Assembly: GCA_009694865.1 (NCBI GenBank)
Contig: SICD01000001.1
Coordinates: 403 to 64,402, forward strand
Direction of reading: 5' to 3'
Origin: Candidatus Magasanikiibacteriota bacterium
Lineage (GTDB): Bacteria; Patescibacteriota; Patescibacteriia; Magasanikbacterales; GWA2-37-8
DNA: 64,000 bases
The stretch's first letter is position 1; each line of letters opens with the position of its first letter. Shown piece after piece: positions 8,974-17,679 of the stretch. The notes under the pieces are model-generated. The model searched no databases. It was not told where the DNA came from and saw nothing but the letters and a program-made list of their open reading frames with translations. The translations under genes were made by a program, and so were the position numbers.

Positions 8974-10089
8974 CTATTTAAGATCAAGAGCCGCGACCGC
9001 TGCGTCCAATTGCGCGCGCCACCCTGGCGCGTCAATAAATCGGAGTAGTGGTCCATCCCCCACTTCCGCGTCTACCAAGGCTCGCAGTTGTTTACCAGTT
9101 AACGTAGCGCCGGGAATTTGTCCATGGGCTGTAAGCAGACGCCCCAATCCGCGCAGATGATTCAATAAATCGCGGTGCGATGATTCTTCCCACTGTTCAA
9201 TTTCATGTTCCACAAAATTTTCCAAAAAATGACAAAACGACTGCGCTGTCATCTTGCCTTCGTGATAAAGCCGTTTGAGGAGCCGTGCTAGCTCGTGCAT
9301 ATTCAAAAAATACCCCGGAAAACGATAGGCCATTACTTTGCGCTCCAACATAATTTCTTCCGGAGTACATTTAAAATGCACTTCAATACCCGGCACAGTG
9401 AGCTGAACATTTGTTTCGCGCTGAATCTCCATCGAAATTTTATTAAATAGTCGTTCACTAAACACCGCTGTAACAAAGGTAAGATCGCGCGTGGTGGCAT
9501 GGTGAAACACATAATAATTCATCAGCAAAAAAGCGACCGCTGAATATTTAAGACGCGTGGAACGATTCCCAATAAGACCCTTGGAATTATAATGAGCAAA
9601 ACCGCAAATGCGCGATATCGTCATGACATTTTTCCAAAAAACACCCTCACTCTCGCCCACCTCCTCCGCGAGATGCTGACCAACACTTTTTCCAAGAAAA
9701 TGATACTGGTCAAGATCTTCAGTGGAAAGTGGCGTGCCGTTCGCTGGAATAAAACGAGTGCTTACCCATTCCGTATGATACGTTACCACCCCTTCTTCGT
9801 CGGTCGCTGGATAATCTACTCGGCACAGATATACCGCGGCCTTGTCGTCGTAGCTATCGAGCAACGGCACCGCGCCATAACGCAAGTACGATCGCCGCGC
9901 TTCACTCACCAGCGCTGGCCAATGGGGGTGAAGCCAATTAGATACGTGGAATTCTTTTGCTTCGTATAAAACAAAATGAACCTGACCCCAACGATAGGTA
10001 TAAAGAGGGTCGGGTAATTCACTGGTAAGATGCTGGATATGCTCCGGCGTCAAAGCTGACTTTCCATTTCGATGGATGCCAAAAGGCAT
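8974..10089 (-). CDS. Hypothetical protein, possible GNAT/N-acyl amino acid synthase-like
   Basis: RRSYLRYG...DSYD, STRFI and ISRIC segments resemble acyl-synthase motifs; 3 bp from the ThiF gene. Confidence 0.45.
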   Translation of the reverse strand: MPFGIHRNGKSALTPEHIQHLTSELPDPLYTYRWGQVHFVLYEAKEFHVSNWLHPHWPALVSEARRSYLRYGAVPLLDSYDDKAAVYLCRVDYPATDEEGVVTYHTEWVSTRFIPANGTPLSTEDLDQYHFLGKSVGQHLAEEVGESEGVFWKNVMTISRICGFAHYNSKGLIGNRSTRLKYSAVAFLLMNYYVFHHATTRDLTFVTAVFSERLFNKISMEIQRETNVQLTVPGIEVHFKCTPEEIMLERKVMAYRFPGYFLNMHELARLLKRLYHEGKMTAQSFCHFLENFVEHEIEQWEESSHRDLLNHLRGLGRLLTAHGQIPGATLTGKQLRALVDAEVGDGPLLRFIDAPGWRAQLDAAVAALDLK

Positions 10090-10102
10090 ATAAGGATGAA
10101 AA

Positions 10103-11800
10103 TTACATCTTTTCTACCACTTTAATTCCCAAAAGATAGAGGCCGCGCTTGGCGACTGTGAGAACGCTTTTAATTAATTGAGCTCGAAAAATTCTAGTAG
10201 CACCTTCAGATTTTACTACCGAGCAGGCTGCATAAAAATCGCTAAAGCGTTGCGCGAGTACCAGCAAATAATGAGCAATAAGCGAAGGATCCGGCAATGC
10301 CGCCGCCCGTGCTGTGACCGCTCCAAATTCGCCTAGCAATAATAATAGCCGTTTTTCTTCTAAAACAATCGTCTCCGGAATCTCGCCGAGACTAAGAGTG
10401 CCAATTTTTTCTAAAATACTGCGAATACGCGCGCACATATACAAAAGATACGGCCCAGAATCACCCGTTAAACTCACCGAAGTTTTAAAATCAAACGCAA
10501 TATCATTCTCAATTCCCGTCTTAAGAAACGCATACTTAACCGCCGCCAAAGCAACATTTTTAATAACATCGTCCTTGTTTGGAAGATCGCTCTCGCTCAT
10601 AATTTGCGTCACTTCTTTTTCTGCTTCGTCCAAAAGCCACTCCCCTAAAACCACTTTGCCTGTGCGCGAACTCATTTTCCCCTCTTTAAGTTTGACCCAA
10701 CCATATTCTAAATGCCGCTCTCGCTCCTTGCTTTTTGGCAAAGTAAATTCTAAAGCTTTAAACAACACTTTAAAATATTCCGATTGTTCCTTGGCCACCA
10801 CATGATAAATTGCTACTGGGTCAAACTCAGCAAATTGTTTTTCCGCCAAAGCCAAATCCTTGGCTTCATACGTAGGGAAGCCTTTGCTGTTTAAAAACAC
10901 CCGGTCGTGCAAACCAAATTCAGAGCCTTTAAAAATCACCGCGCCCTCACTTTGCACAAAAATTTCTTTTACCACGCACTCTTTCACAATTTCCCGTCCA
11001 CGCGCGAACACTTCCGATTCAAAATACAACCGGTCAAACCGACTCCCCACGCGCGCATAAATAGCGTCAAAATATTCCAAACTCCAGCCCCTCGTCTCCG
11101 TGTACATTTCTCGAATGGATTCGTCGTGAGTGTAAATCGATTCATTAATCTCCCCAATTTCGGCTTTAACCTTTTCATCTTGTTCAAACGTCTGACTCCC
11201 CAAAGCATAAGCCTTGCCCAAAAACGCCACGCGCTCGGTAATCGTTTTATTTTTTACCGTCTCATATTCAGCTCGCAGCTGCCGCACTCCCCACAAACAT
11301 TTGGCAATGTGCATACCCACATCACCCTGATAATTCGCTCGCACCACTTCGTATCCGGCATTCTCCAAAATTCGCACTAAACTCTCGCCCGTCACGATAT
11401 TTCGTAAATGACCAATATGAAAAGCTTTGTGTGTGTTCGGATGCGCGAACTCCACTATCACTTTTTTACCTTTCCCAATTTCACCCATGCCATAATCATC
11501 ACCCCGGCGCGTAATTTCTTCAATCACCATTCTAGCCACCTCCGCTCCATTAAGAAAAAAATTCACATACGATCCCACCGCGCGCACGTCACTCACCATT
11601 CTTAATTCTTCATTCTTAATTCTTAATTCCAATTCTTTGGCCACTTCCACCGGACTCTTTTTTTGAGTCTTCGCGATCCCAAAACACGCGAACGCGAAAT
11701 CACCCATCTCGGCTTTAGGTGGAGCGGTAAATTCAATTGCGCCTTCCACTCCCACGGAGCGGAGCGCGGCTTCTAATTCACTGGTTATCTTAAAAGACAT
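10103..11800 (-). CDS. argS: Arginine--tRNA ligase
   Basis: HIGH (FHIGHLRN), KMSSR, GDSGPYLLY; likely start MSFKI. Confidence 0.97.
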   Translation of the reverse strand: MSFKITSELEAALRSVGVEGAIEFTAPPKAEMGDFAFACFGIAKTQKKSPVEVAKELELRIKNEELRMVSDVRAVGSYVNFFLNGAEVARMVIEEITRRGDDYGMGEIGKGKKVIVEFAHPNTHKAFHIGHLRNIVTGESLVRILENAGYEVVRANYQGDVGMHIAKCLWGVRQLRAEYETVKNKTITERVAFLGKAYALGSQTFEQDEKVKAEIGEINESIYTHDESIREMYTETRGWSLEYFDAIYARVGSRFDRLYFESEVFARGREIVKECVVKEIFVQSEGAVIFKGSEFGLHDRVFLNSKGFPTYEAKDLALAEKQFAEFDPVAIYHVVAKEQSEYFKVLFKALEFTLPKSKERERHLEYGWVKLKEGKMSSRTGKVVLGEWLLDEAEKEVTQIMSESDLPNKDDVIKNVALAAVKYAFLKTGIENDIAFDFKTSVSLTGDSGPYLLYMCARIRSILEKIGTLSLGEIPETIVLEEKRLLLLLGEFGAVTARAAALPDPSLIAHYLLVLAQRFSDFYAACSVVKSEGATRIFRAQLIKSVLTVAKRGLYLLGIKVVEKM

Positions 11801-11922
11801 GTAGGCTATTCTATTACAAACAAAGGCAAAAAGCAAATAAAAAAATAATCCCACTTCACAGGATTATCGTTCCCCTCCTCAAAGAACATTATACCACAAT
11901 TTATCGGATAATGACACTACCC

Positions 11923-11956
11923 TGCTCGCAGAGTCGAATGACCCTGTGGATAAGTT
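11923..11956 (-). promoter_or_regulatory. Second copy of the 34-bp DnaA-box repeat
   Basis: tgctcgcagagtcgaatgaccctgtggataagtt. Confidence 0.65.
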
Positions 11957-11960
11957 CTTG

Positions 11961-12260
11961 CTATTCCGCTTCATGAATAACGCGAGCGCGACGCAAAAGC
12001 GTAGGGTTAACTAAACGATGGGCACGGGTAATGTCGTCAACCAAAAGCGCGCTACCCGGATTTTCTCCAACTCGCCCCATAAAACGCCATGGCTTAACGT
12101 CATCCCGCGATTGAACCAAATCGCCCGGCTGCGCCTTGCAACCAGAAAACGATTCGGGGTAATAGATGATATTTTGCTCCGGCGATGTGAATGTTTGCGG
12201 ACGAATCTCTTTTGGGCTCACGCTATCGCGACTTCCTTCGCCACCAAGTCTTTTACTCAT
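11961..12260 (-). CDS. Hypothetical protein
   Basis: 99-aa ORF directly following tyrS. Confidence 0.5.
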   Translation of the reverse strand: MSKRLGGEGSRDSVSPKEIRPQTFTSPEQNIIYYPESFSGCKAQPGDLVQSRDDVKPWRFMGRVGENPGSALLVDDITRAHRLVNPTLLRRARVIHEAE

Positions 12261-12264
12261 ACAC

Positions 12265-13458
12265 TTAGATTGTTTTTACAAAAAACCGCTTGCCTTTTTG
12301 GATGATATCACCTGGCTTTAAAATCGTGTATTGATCGGCAACAACATCATTTACTCGAACACCGTCTTGCGATAAAAGTCTACGTGCCTCAGTCCTGCTT
12401 GAACATAATCCAGAGTATAATAATACTGAGATAATGCTACTATCACTAGCAAGAAGTTTGTGCTCTGGAATATCTTCGACTGGGGGTCTTTCTTTATTTT
12501 GGATAACACTGGCAAAATTTTTCTCTCCCTGCTCAGCCGCTTCCTCGCCTAAAAATGTTTTAGTAATTTCATACGCCAACATTTTTTTAAATTTCATCGG
12601 CTCGGCTTGAATGAATTTTTCACTCGGCACGTCAGCGCGGGTACATAATTCAAACCCACCACGAATCATCCCATCGCTCCAGCGCATTACTTTGCCAAAC
12701 ATATCTTCCGGCGTATCGCTAAACGCCACCATATTTCCTTCGGTCTTGCCCATTTTTACACCGCTGTCATCGACCAAAAGCTTAAGCGTAAGTACAAATT
12801 TTTCTTTTCCTTTAAACTGCTTCATCAAATCACGCCCTACTAGCATGTTAAACGTCTGATCATTCCCACCGACTTCGCCATCTACCTCCATTGCCACCGA
12901 ATCATATCCTTGAAGCAAGGGATATAATAACTCGTGCGCGTAAATTGGTTTGCTCTCAGCTAGTCGCTTTTGGAACATATCTCGCTCCATTAAACGTTGT
13001 TGCGTAATATGTGTAGCGACATTCAATAAATCAGCCGCACTCATCTTGCCCCACCACTCGCCATTAAATTTAACGAGCGCTGGATTGTCACCGCTAAAAT
13101 TTAAGATAGCACTCGCCTGTTTTTTGTATAACGCGCAGTTCTGGCTTACCTGTTCTGGCGTCAGTTGTTGGCGTGCCGCCAATTTATCAGTCGGGTCGCC
13201 TATCATGCCAGTAAAATCACCAACCAAAAAAATTACCTTGTGGCCAAGTTCTTGAAATTGTTGAAGTTTTAAAAGTGTGATCCCATTGCCAATATGGAGC
13301 GTGGGAGCCGTTGGATCATAGCCAACATAGAGCGTGAGCGGCTTTCCATCTTTAAGGCGAGCCTCCAAAAATTCTTTTTTAGGGTAAATATTTTCTACTC
13401 CGCGAGAGAGAAGTTCGTTAATTTTTTTATCGTCAGTTGAAATTTTCATATTGGCCAT
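12265..13458 (-). CDS. tyrS: Tyrosine--tRNA ligase
   Basis: GYDPTAPTLHIGN, KMGKT, C-terminal S4 domain. Confidence 0.97.
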   Translation of the reverse strand: MANMKISTDDKKINELLSRGVENIYPKKEFLEARLKDGKPLTLYVGYDPTAPTLHIGNGITLLKLQQFQELGHKVIFLVGDFTGMIGDPTDKLAARQQLTPEQVSQNCALYKKQASAILNFSGDNPALVKFNGEWWGKMSAADLLNVATHITQQRLMERDMFQKRLAESKPIYAHELLYPLLQGYDSVAMEVDGEVGGNDQTFNMLVGRDLMKQFKGKEKFVLTLKLLVDDSGVKMGKTEGNMVAFSDTPEDMFGKVMRWSDGMIRGGFELCTRADVPSEKFIQAEPMKFKKMLAYEITKTFLGEEAAEQGEKNFASVIQNKERPPVEDIPEHKLLASDSSIISVLLYSGLCSSRTEARRLLSQDGVRVNDVVADQYTILKPGDIIQKGKRFFVKTI

Positions 13459-15680
13459 TTTTGAATCATAAGTAGTTTTTCTTTTTCCTTTCCATACATC
13501 TCACTCCAAATCGCCTCCGTCACAAACGGCATAAACGGGTGCAGGAGCTTGAGCGACATAATAAGATTATGGAGAAGAATTTTTTTAGTATTATCCGCAA
13601 ACGCTTCGTCAACTAATTGCGTTTTGCTCGCCTCCAAATACACATCGGCCAATTTGTGCCACACAAAATCATAAATAGTTTGCGCCGCTTCGTGCAAACG
13701 AAACGCTTCAAGACCGCTCGTCACTCCCTCAATCGTTTGTTGTAATTCGAGAATAATGGTTTTATCGGCCTCAGTCTTCGTTTCAATCGATTTGGAGCTT
13801 GAAATTTGGAGCTTGGAAACTTCCAGATTTGTCAAAACAAATCTGGCGATGTTCCACAACTTATTCGCGAAATGCTTCATACCCTTAACCTTATCTTCCG
13901 CCAACGGAATATCGTTACCCGCCGCAGTGGAAAACACCAGCGCGAAACGAAGCGCGTCCGTACCATAGGTATCAATAACTCCTAACGGATCAATCACATT
14001 CCCCTTACTTTTGCTCATTTTCTGACGATCTTTATCGCGCACCAGGCCATGCAAAAATATTTTTTCAAATGGCGGTTTGCTAGTTCGATAATATGACATC
14101 ATTACCATTCTAGCCACCCAGAAAAAAATAATATCCCAACCAGTTTCCATTACTTGCGTAGGAAAATAGGTTTCAAAATCTTTGGTACCATGCTTGGCAT
14201 CATTCGCCATAAGCGTGGCGTACGGCCACTGACCGGACGAAAACCAAGTGTCGAAAGTATCAGGATCATGAATAATTTCTGTAGAATCACAATGCGGGCA
14301 GACTGTCAGAGTATTCTCAACATCAACAATCACACCATTCTTCATTCGACATTCGTCATTCTGCATTCGCTGACAGTACCACACTGGCAGCGGTATCCCC
14401 CACCAAATTTGGCGGCTAATTGGCCAATCGCGAATATTTTCCATCCAGTGACGATATGTTTTTTCGAATTTCTCCGTAACAATCTCTACTTCTTTTTTGT
14501 CGAGCGCCTGGACGGCCATATCGCGAAGCGAAGGGCGGCCATCGGGCAATTGCTTGGTCATGGCAATGTACCACTGCGGCACAATTTGCGGCTCAATGAG
14601 ATTACCACATTTGTAGCAGAGCTGGACATTGTGCTTATATTTATCATCAATATGGTCTACCAACCCTTTGCCTTGTAGTTTCTCCACAATTTTAACGCGC
14701 GCGTCCAAAATTTTCATACCCGAAAACTCTCCGGTCATCGGGAGCATTTTACCTCGTTTGTCTATTACCTGTTCAACATCCAATTTGTGCCGCTCCGCAA
14801 TCTCAAAATCCACCGCCGAGTGTGCTGGAGTGATGGTCATAACGCCGGTACCAAATTCCATATCCGCGGCTTCATCTTTTATAACGGTGGCGGTAATGGA
14901 TCCGTTAATCCATTCTAAATTTAATTTATCACCATGTTTATACCGGGTGTAGCGCTTATCATCCGGATGCATAACAACATATTTATCGCCAAATTTTGTT
15001 TCGGGACGCGATGTGCCAATAACAAACGGACCGTATTTAAAATAATAAAATTGTTCTTGGCGCTCTTCATATTTCGTTTCTAAATCTGCCAAACCGGTTT
15101 GATGCTTGGGACACCAATTGCAAATACGACCCGCACGATAAATTAGACCATCGGCGTACATTTGTTTAAACGTGGCGTAAACGACTTTAACAATTTCCGG
15201 ATCAAGACTAAAAATATTTCGGCTCCAATCGCATGACGCCCCCAAACGGCGAATACCATTCTCGCTCAAATGCTTGTTATGTTGCACAAAATCCCAACAC
15301 GCTTTATAGAATTCCTCACGCGTCATTTTAAAACGGCTGGTGCCTTCTTTCTCTAATTTTTTTTCAAATACCACCTGGGTTTCAAAACCAGCGTGGTCGG
15401 TGCCCGGCAACCACAAAGCTCTGCGCCCGCGCATGCGGTGATACCGAGTTAAAATATCTTGAATTGTTAAACCCAAAGCATGCCCCACGTGCAAGGGAGC
15501 GTTGGCGTTGGGGAGCGGGAGCATTATCGTAAAGGGCCTTCGCTCCGCTTCGCTTAGATTATCCACCCAAGGCAGATGCGCCTCGGGCGCAAAAAAACCG
15601 CTGTCTTCCCAGCGCTTATAAATATCGGCCTCGTATTGGCCAGGGTCGTAAGCTTTAGCTAATTCTTCCATAGTCTCCAT
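13446..15680 (-). CDS. valS: Valine--tRNA ligase (no C-terminal coiled-coil arm)
   Basis: LHVGH, DWPISRQIWWG, KMSKSKGN. Confidence 0.96.
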   Translation of the reverse strand: METMEELAKAYDPGQYEADIYKRWEDSGFFAPEAHLPWVDNLSEAERRPFTIMLPLPNANAPLHVGHALGLTIQDILTRYHRMRGRRALWLPGTDHAGFETQVVFEKKLEKEGTSRFKMTREEFYKACWDFVQHNKHLSENGIRRLGASCDWSRNIFSLDPEIVKVVYATFKQMYADGLIYRAGRICNWCPKHQTGLADLETKYEERQEQFYYFKYGPFVIGTSRPETKFGDKYVVMHPDDKRYTRYKHGDKLNLEWINGSITATVIKDEAADMEFGTGVMTITPAHSAVDFEIAERHKLDVEQVIDKRGKMLPMTGEFSGMKILDARVKIVEKLQGKGLVDHIDDKYKHNVQLCYKCGNLIEPQIVPQWYIAMTKQLPDGRPSLRDMAVQALDKKEVEIVTEKFEKTYRHWMENIRDWPISRQIWWGIPLPVWYCQRMQNDECRMKNGVIVDVENTLTVCPHCDSTEIIHDPDTFDTWFSSGQWPYATLMANDAKHGTKDFETYFPTQVMETGWDIIFFWVARMVMMSYYRTSKPPFEKIFLHGLVRDKDRQKMSKSKGNVIDPLGVIDTYGTDALRFALVFSTAAGNDIPLAEDKVKGMKHFANKLWNIARFVLTNLEVSKLQISSSKSIETKTEADKTIILELQQTIEGVTSGLEAFRLHEAAQTIYDFVWHKLADVYLEASKTQLVDEAFADNTKKILLHNLIMSLKLLHPFMPFVTEAIWSEMYGKEKEKLLMIQKWPI

Positions 15681-15736
15681 ATTCTACTTAAAAAAGAGAA
15701 AATACGCAAGTTTTTTGGCTAAAATAATGAGTTTTG

Positions 15737-15795
15737 TTATCCACAGGACACCCAAACTTGGCGTAGTTGACACATTTCTTAAAATTTGCTACAAT
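15737..15795 (+). promoter_or_regulatory. DnaA box plus sigma70 promoter
   Basis: TTATCCACA at 15737; TTGACA(15767)-17bp-TACAAT. Confidence 0.6.
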
Positions 15796-15844
15796 CACTG
15801 GTCGTCTTGATGGCAGACCTTTGTGCTTTTATTAGATAAATCCT

Positions 15845-16984
15845 GTGGCTTTAAATGATACTGAACAATTTAAAACCCTGCTTACCAATAGCCGCCACGC
15901 GCTAATTGTGTTCGCGTCCAAAAATAATGGCGACGCTATCGCGAGCGCGCTAGCCCTTAAAAAATGGTGTGGACGGGGAAATCGTGAGGCTGAAATCGCC
16001 TGCAGTGATTTTACCGCGCCCGCGAATTTAAAATTTCTTCCCGGCCTAACCGAAATTAAACCCGAACTCGCGCACCTGCAAAAATTCATCATCAAAGTAG
16101 ATGTGAGTAAAGCACCGATTGATACTTTAAGTTACGATGTAAAAGATAACTGGCTCTCCATTTATTTAACCCCCAAAGCCGGCACCATCACCAAACAAGA
16201 ACTGCGCACCGCCCAGTCCACTTTTAAATATGATTTAATTATTACGCTCGGCGCTCCGGATTTGGATTCGCTCGGGAGCATCTTTTTTAATAACACTGAT
16301 TTGTTTTACCGCACGCCCATCGTCAATTTTGATTACCAAAGCGGCAACGAACGCTACGGCCAAGTAAATATTGTAGACGGAACTGCCAGCGCCATTGCCG
16401 AAGTGGTAGCGCACACCCTGCACACTTTGGAACCAACCAGTCTGAATGGCGAAATTGCCACCGCGCTCCTTGCCGGGCTGACGATTGCGACTGGCAGTTT
16501 TAAACATGCCCGCCTCTCCCCCCTCACTATGCAACTCGCCAGCGACCTGGTGACCGCCGGCGCCGAACGCGAAAAAATTGTCCAACACCTCTACCGCACC
16601 CGCTCGGTCGCCAGCCTTAAGCTCTGGGGCCAGGCGCTTACTCATTTACAAATCGATGCCGAGCTCGGCCTGGTATCAACACTATTAACCCGCGATGATT
16701 TTATTCACTCCGGAACGACCGCGGACGATTTGCACGGCATTGTAGAAGAACTACTCTCCACCGCGCCCGAAGCCAAGCTCACCTTGGTACTCTACGAAGT
16801 TAACGGTGGAGGAACAAAAAAAATCCACGGCATTTTAGCCGTGGATAAAAACTTTGACGCCACGAAACTCCTCGCCCAATTAAACCCCACCGGCACCAAA
16901 CGCCAGGTGTCGTTTATTTTGGAAAATATGAGTTTGCAGGAAGCGGAGGAGAAAGTGAAGATCATAATTAAAGAAGCCCGCTAA
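15845..16984 (+). CDS. DHH/NrnA-like phosphoesterase homolog with degenerate motifs
   Basis: NGDAIAS, NFDYQ in place of IDHH, ATGSF in place of DTGSF. Confidence 0.75.
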   Translation: MALNDTEQFKTLLTNSRHALIVFASKNNGDAIASALALKKWCGRGNREAEIACSDFTAPANLKFLPGLTEIKPELAHLQKFIIKVDVSKAPIDTLSYDVKDNWLSIYLTPKAGTITKQELRTAQSTFKYDLIITLGAPDLDSLGSIFFNNTDLFYRTPIVNFDYQSGNERYGQVNIVDGTASAIAEVVAHTLHTLEPTSLNGEIATALLAGLTIATGSFKHARLSPLTMQLASDLVTAGAEREKIVQHLYRTRSVASLKLWGQALTHLQIDAELGLVSTLLTRDDFIHSGTTADDLHGIVEELLSTAPEAKLTLVLYEVNGGGTKKIHGILAVDKNFDATKLLAQLNPTGTKRQVSFILENMSLQEAEEKVKIIIKEAR

Positions 16985-16992
16985 TCGCTCAC

Positions 16993-17082
16993 TGTCATTC
17001 TGAGCGGAGCGAAGAATCCCTTAAAGCCAACATCTAAGTTAATGCAAACATCAAGGGATCCTTCATTTCACTCAGGACAACA
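16993..17082. repeat. Family A palindromic element
   Basis: tgtcattctgagcggagcgaagaatccc...gggatccttc...ctcagg. Confidence 0.8.
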
Positions 17083-17151
17083 AAGAGAACAACAACCCAT
17101 GAGGTGGCCGCCCCAAAAGGACAGGCCACCAGCCTCGAAAGGAGGCAGACC

Positions 17152-17463
17152 ATGAAGATGTTCCTGGTCGTATACATCTCCAAGACCGTGGGAATCCCCT
17201 TCGCTAATGTCGTCACAGGGAAAAAGATCAAGACCCAGAAGCAAGCGCGAGAGACCATGGTGGCGAAAGGCCACACCGTTGTATCCGTGAGTGAGGTCCC
17301 AGTCAAGAACACAAGTGATGAGGATACGAAGAAGATGGCGGTGGCACTGATCAATCTCGTCGAGCAGTGCCCTCCGCTCAACAACGTCCTCAACAGTCTG
17401 GCGTATTGGGCGTTGTGCGCGGGACGCGACTACGAACGCAAGCTCGGCCTGAAGAAGAAGTAA
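17152..17463 (+). CDS. GC-rich orphan protein (103 aa)
   Basis: AAAGGAGG SD, G/C-ending codons, 3' hairpins. Confidence 0.7.
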   Translation: MKMFLVVYISKTVGIPFANVVTGKKIKTQKQARETMVAKGHTVVSVSEVPVKNTSDEDTKKMAVALINLVEQCPPLNNVLNSLAYWALCAGRDYERKLGLKKK

Positions 17464-17595
17464 ATCAGCGCGCCCTTCACCGCCTGCCCCCTCCACACGG
17501 GTCCAACCCCCGTGGAGCGAAAACACAGATCGCTCGTGCTCTCGCTTTATTGGTACAAACAGTTGTATTAATAAAGCGCGAGCGATCTGAAATTT

Positions 17596-17631
17596 AAAAC
17601 ATCCTGACGCTATCCGTCGGGATGTTTTTTT
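17596..17631 (+). terminator. Intrinsic terminator
   Basis: aaaacatcctgacg...cgtcgggatgtttttt. Confidence 0.7.
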
Positions 17632-17679
17632 GTGCTACTGTACTAGTACAATAGCACACTAACTCTTAAAAATTAATTG

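Noticed and set aside
2887-15745. DnaA boxes as oriC
   Set aside because: Single boxes kilobases apart; no cluster, no dnaA/dnaN nearby.
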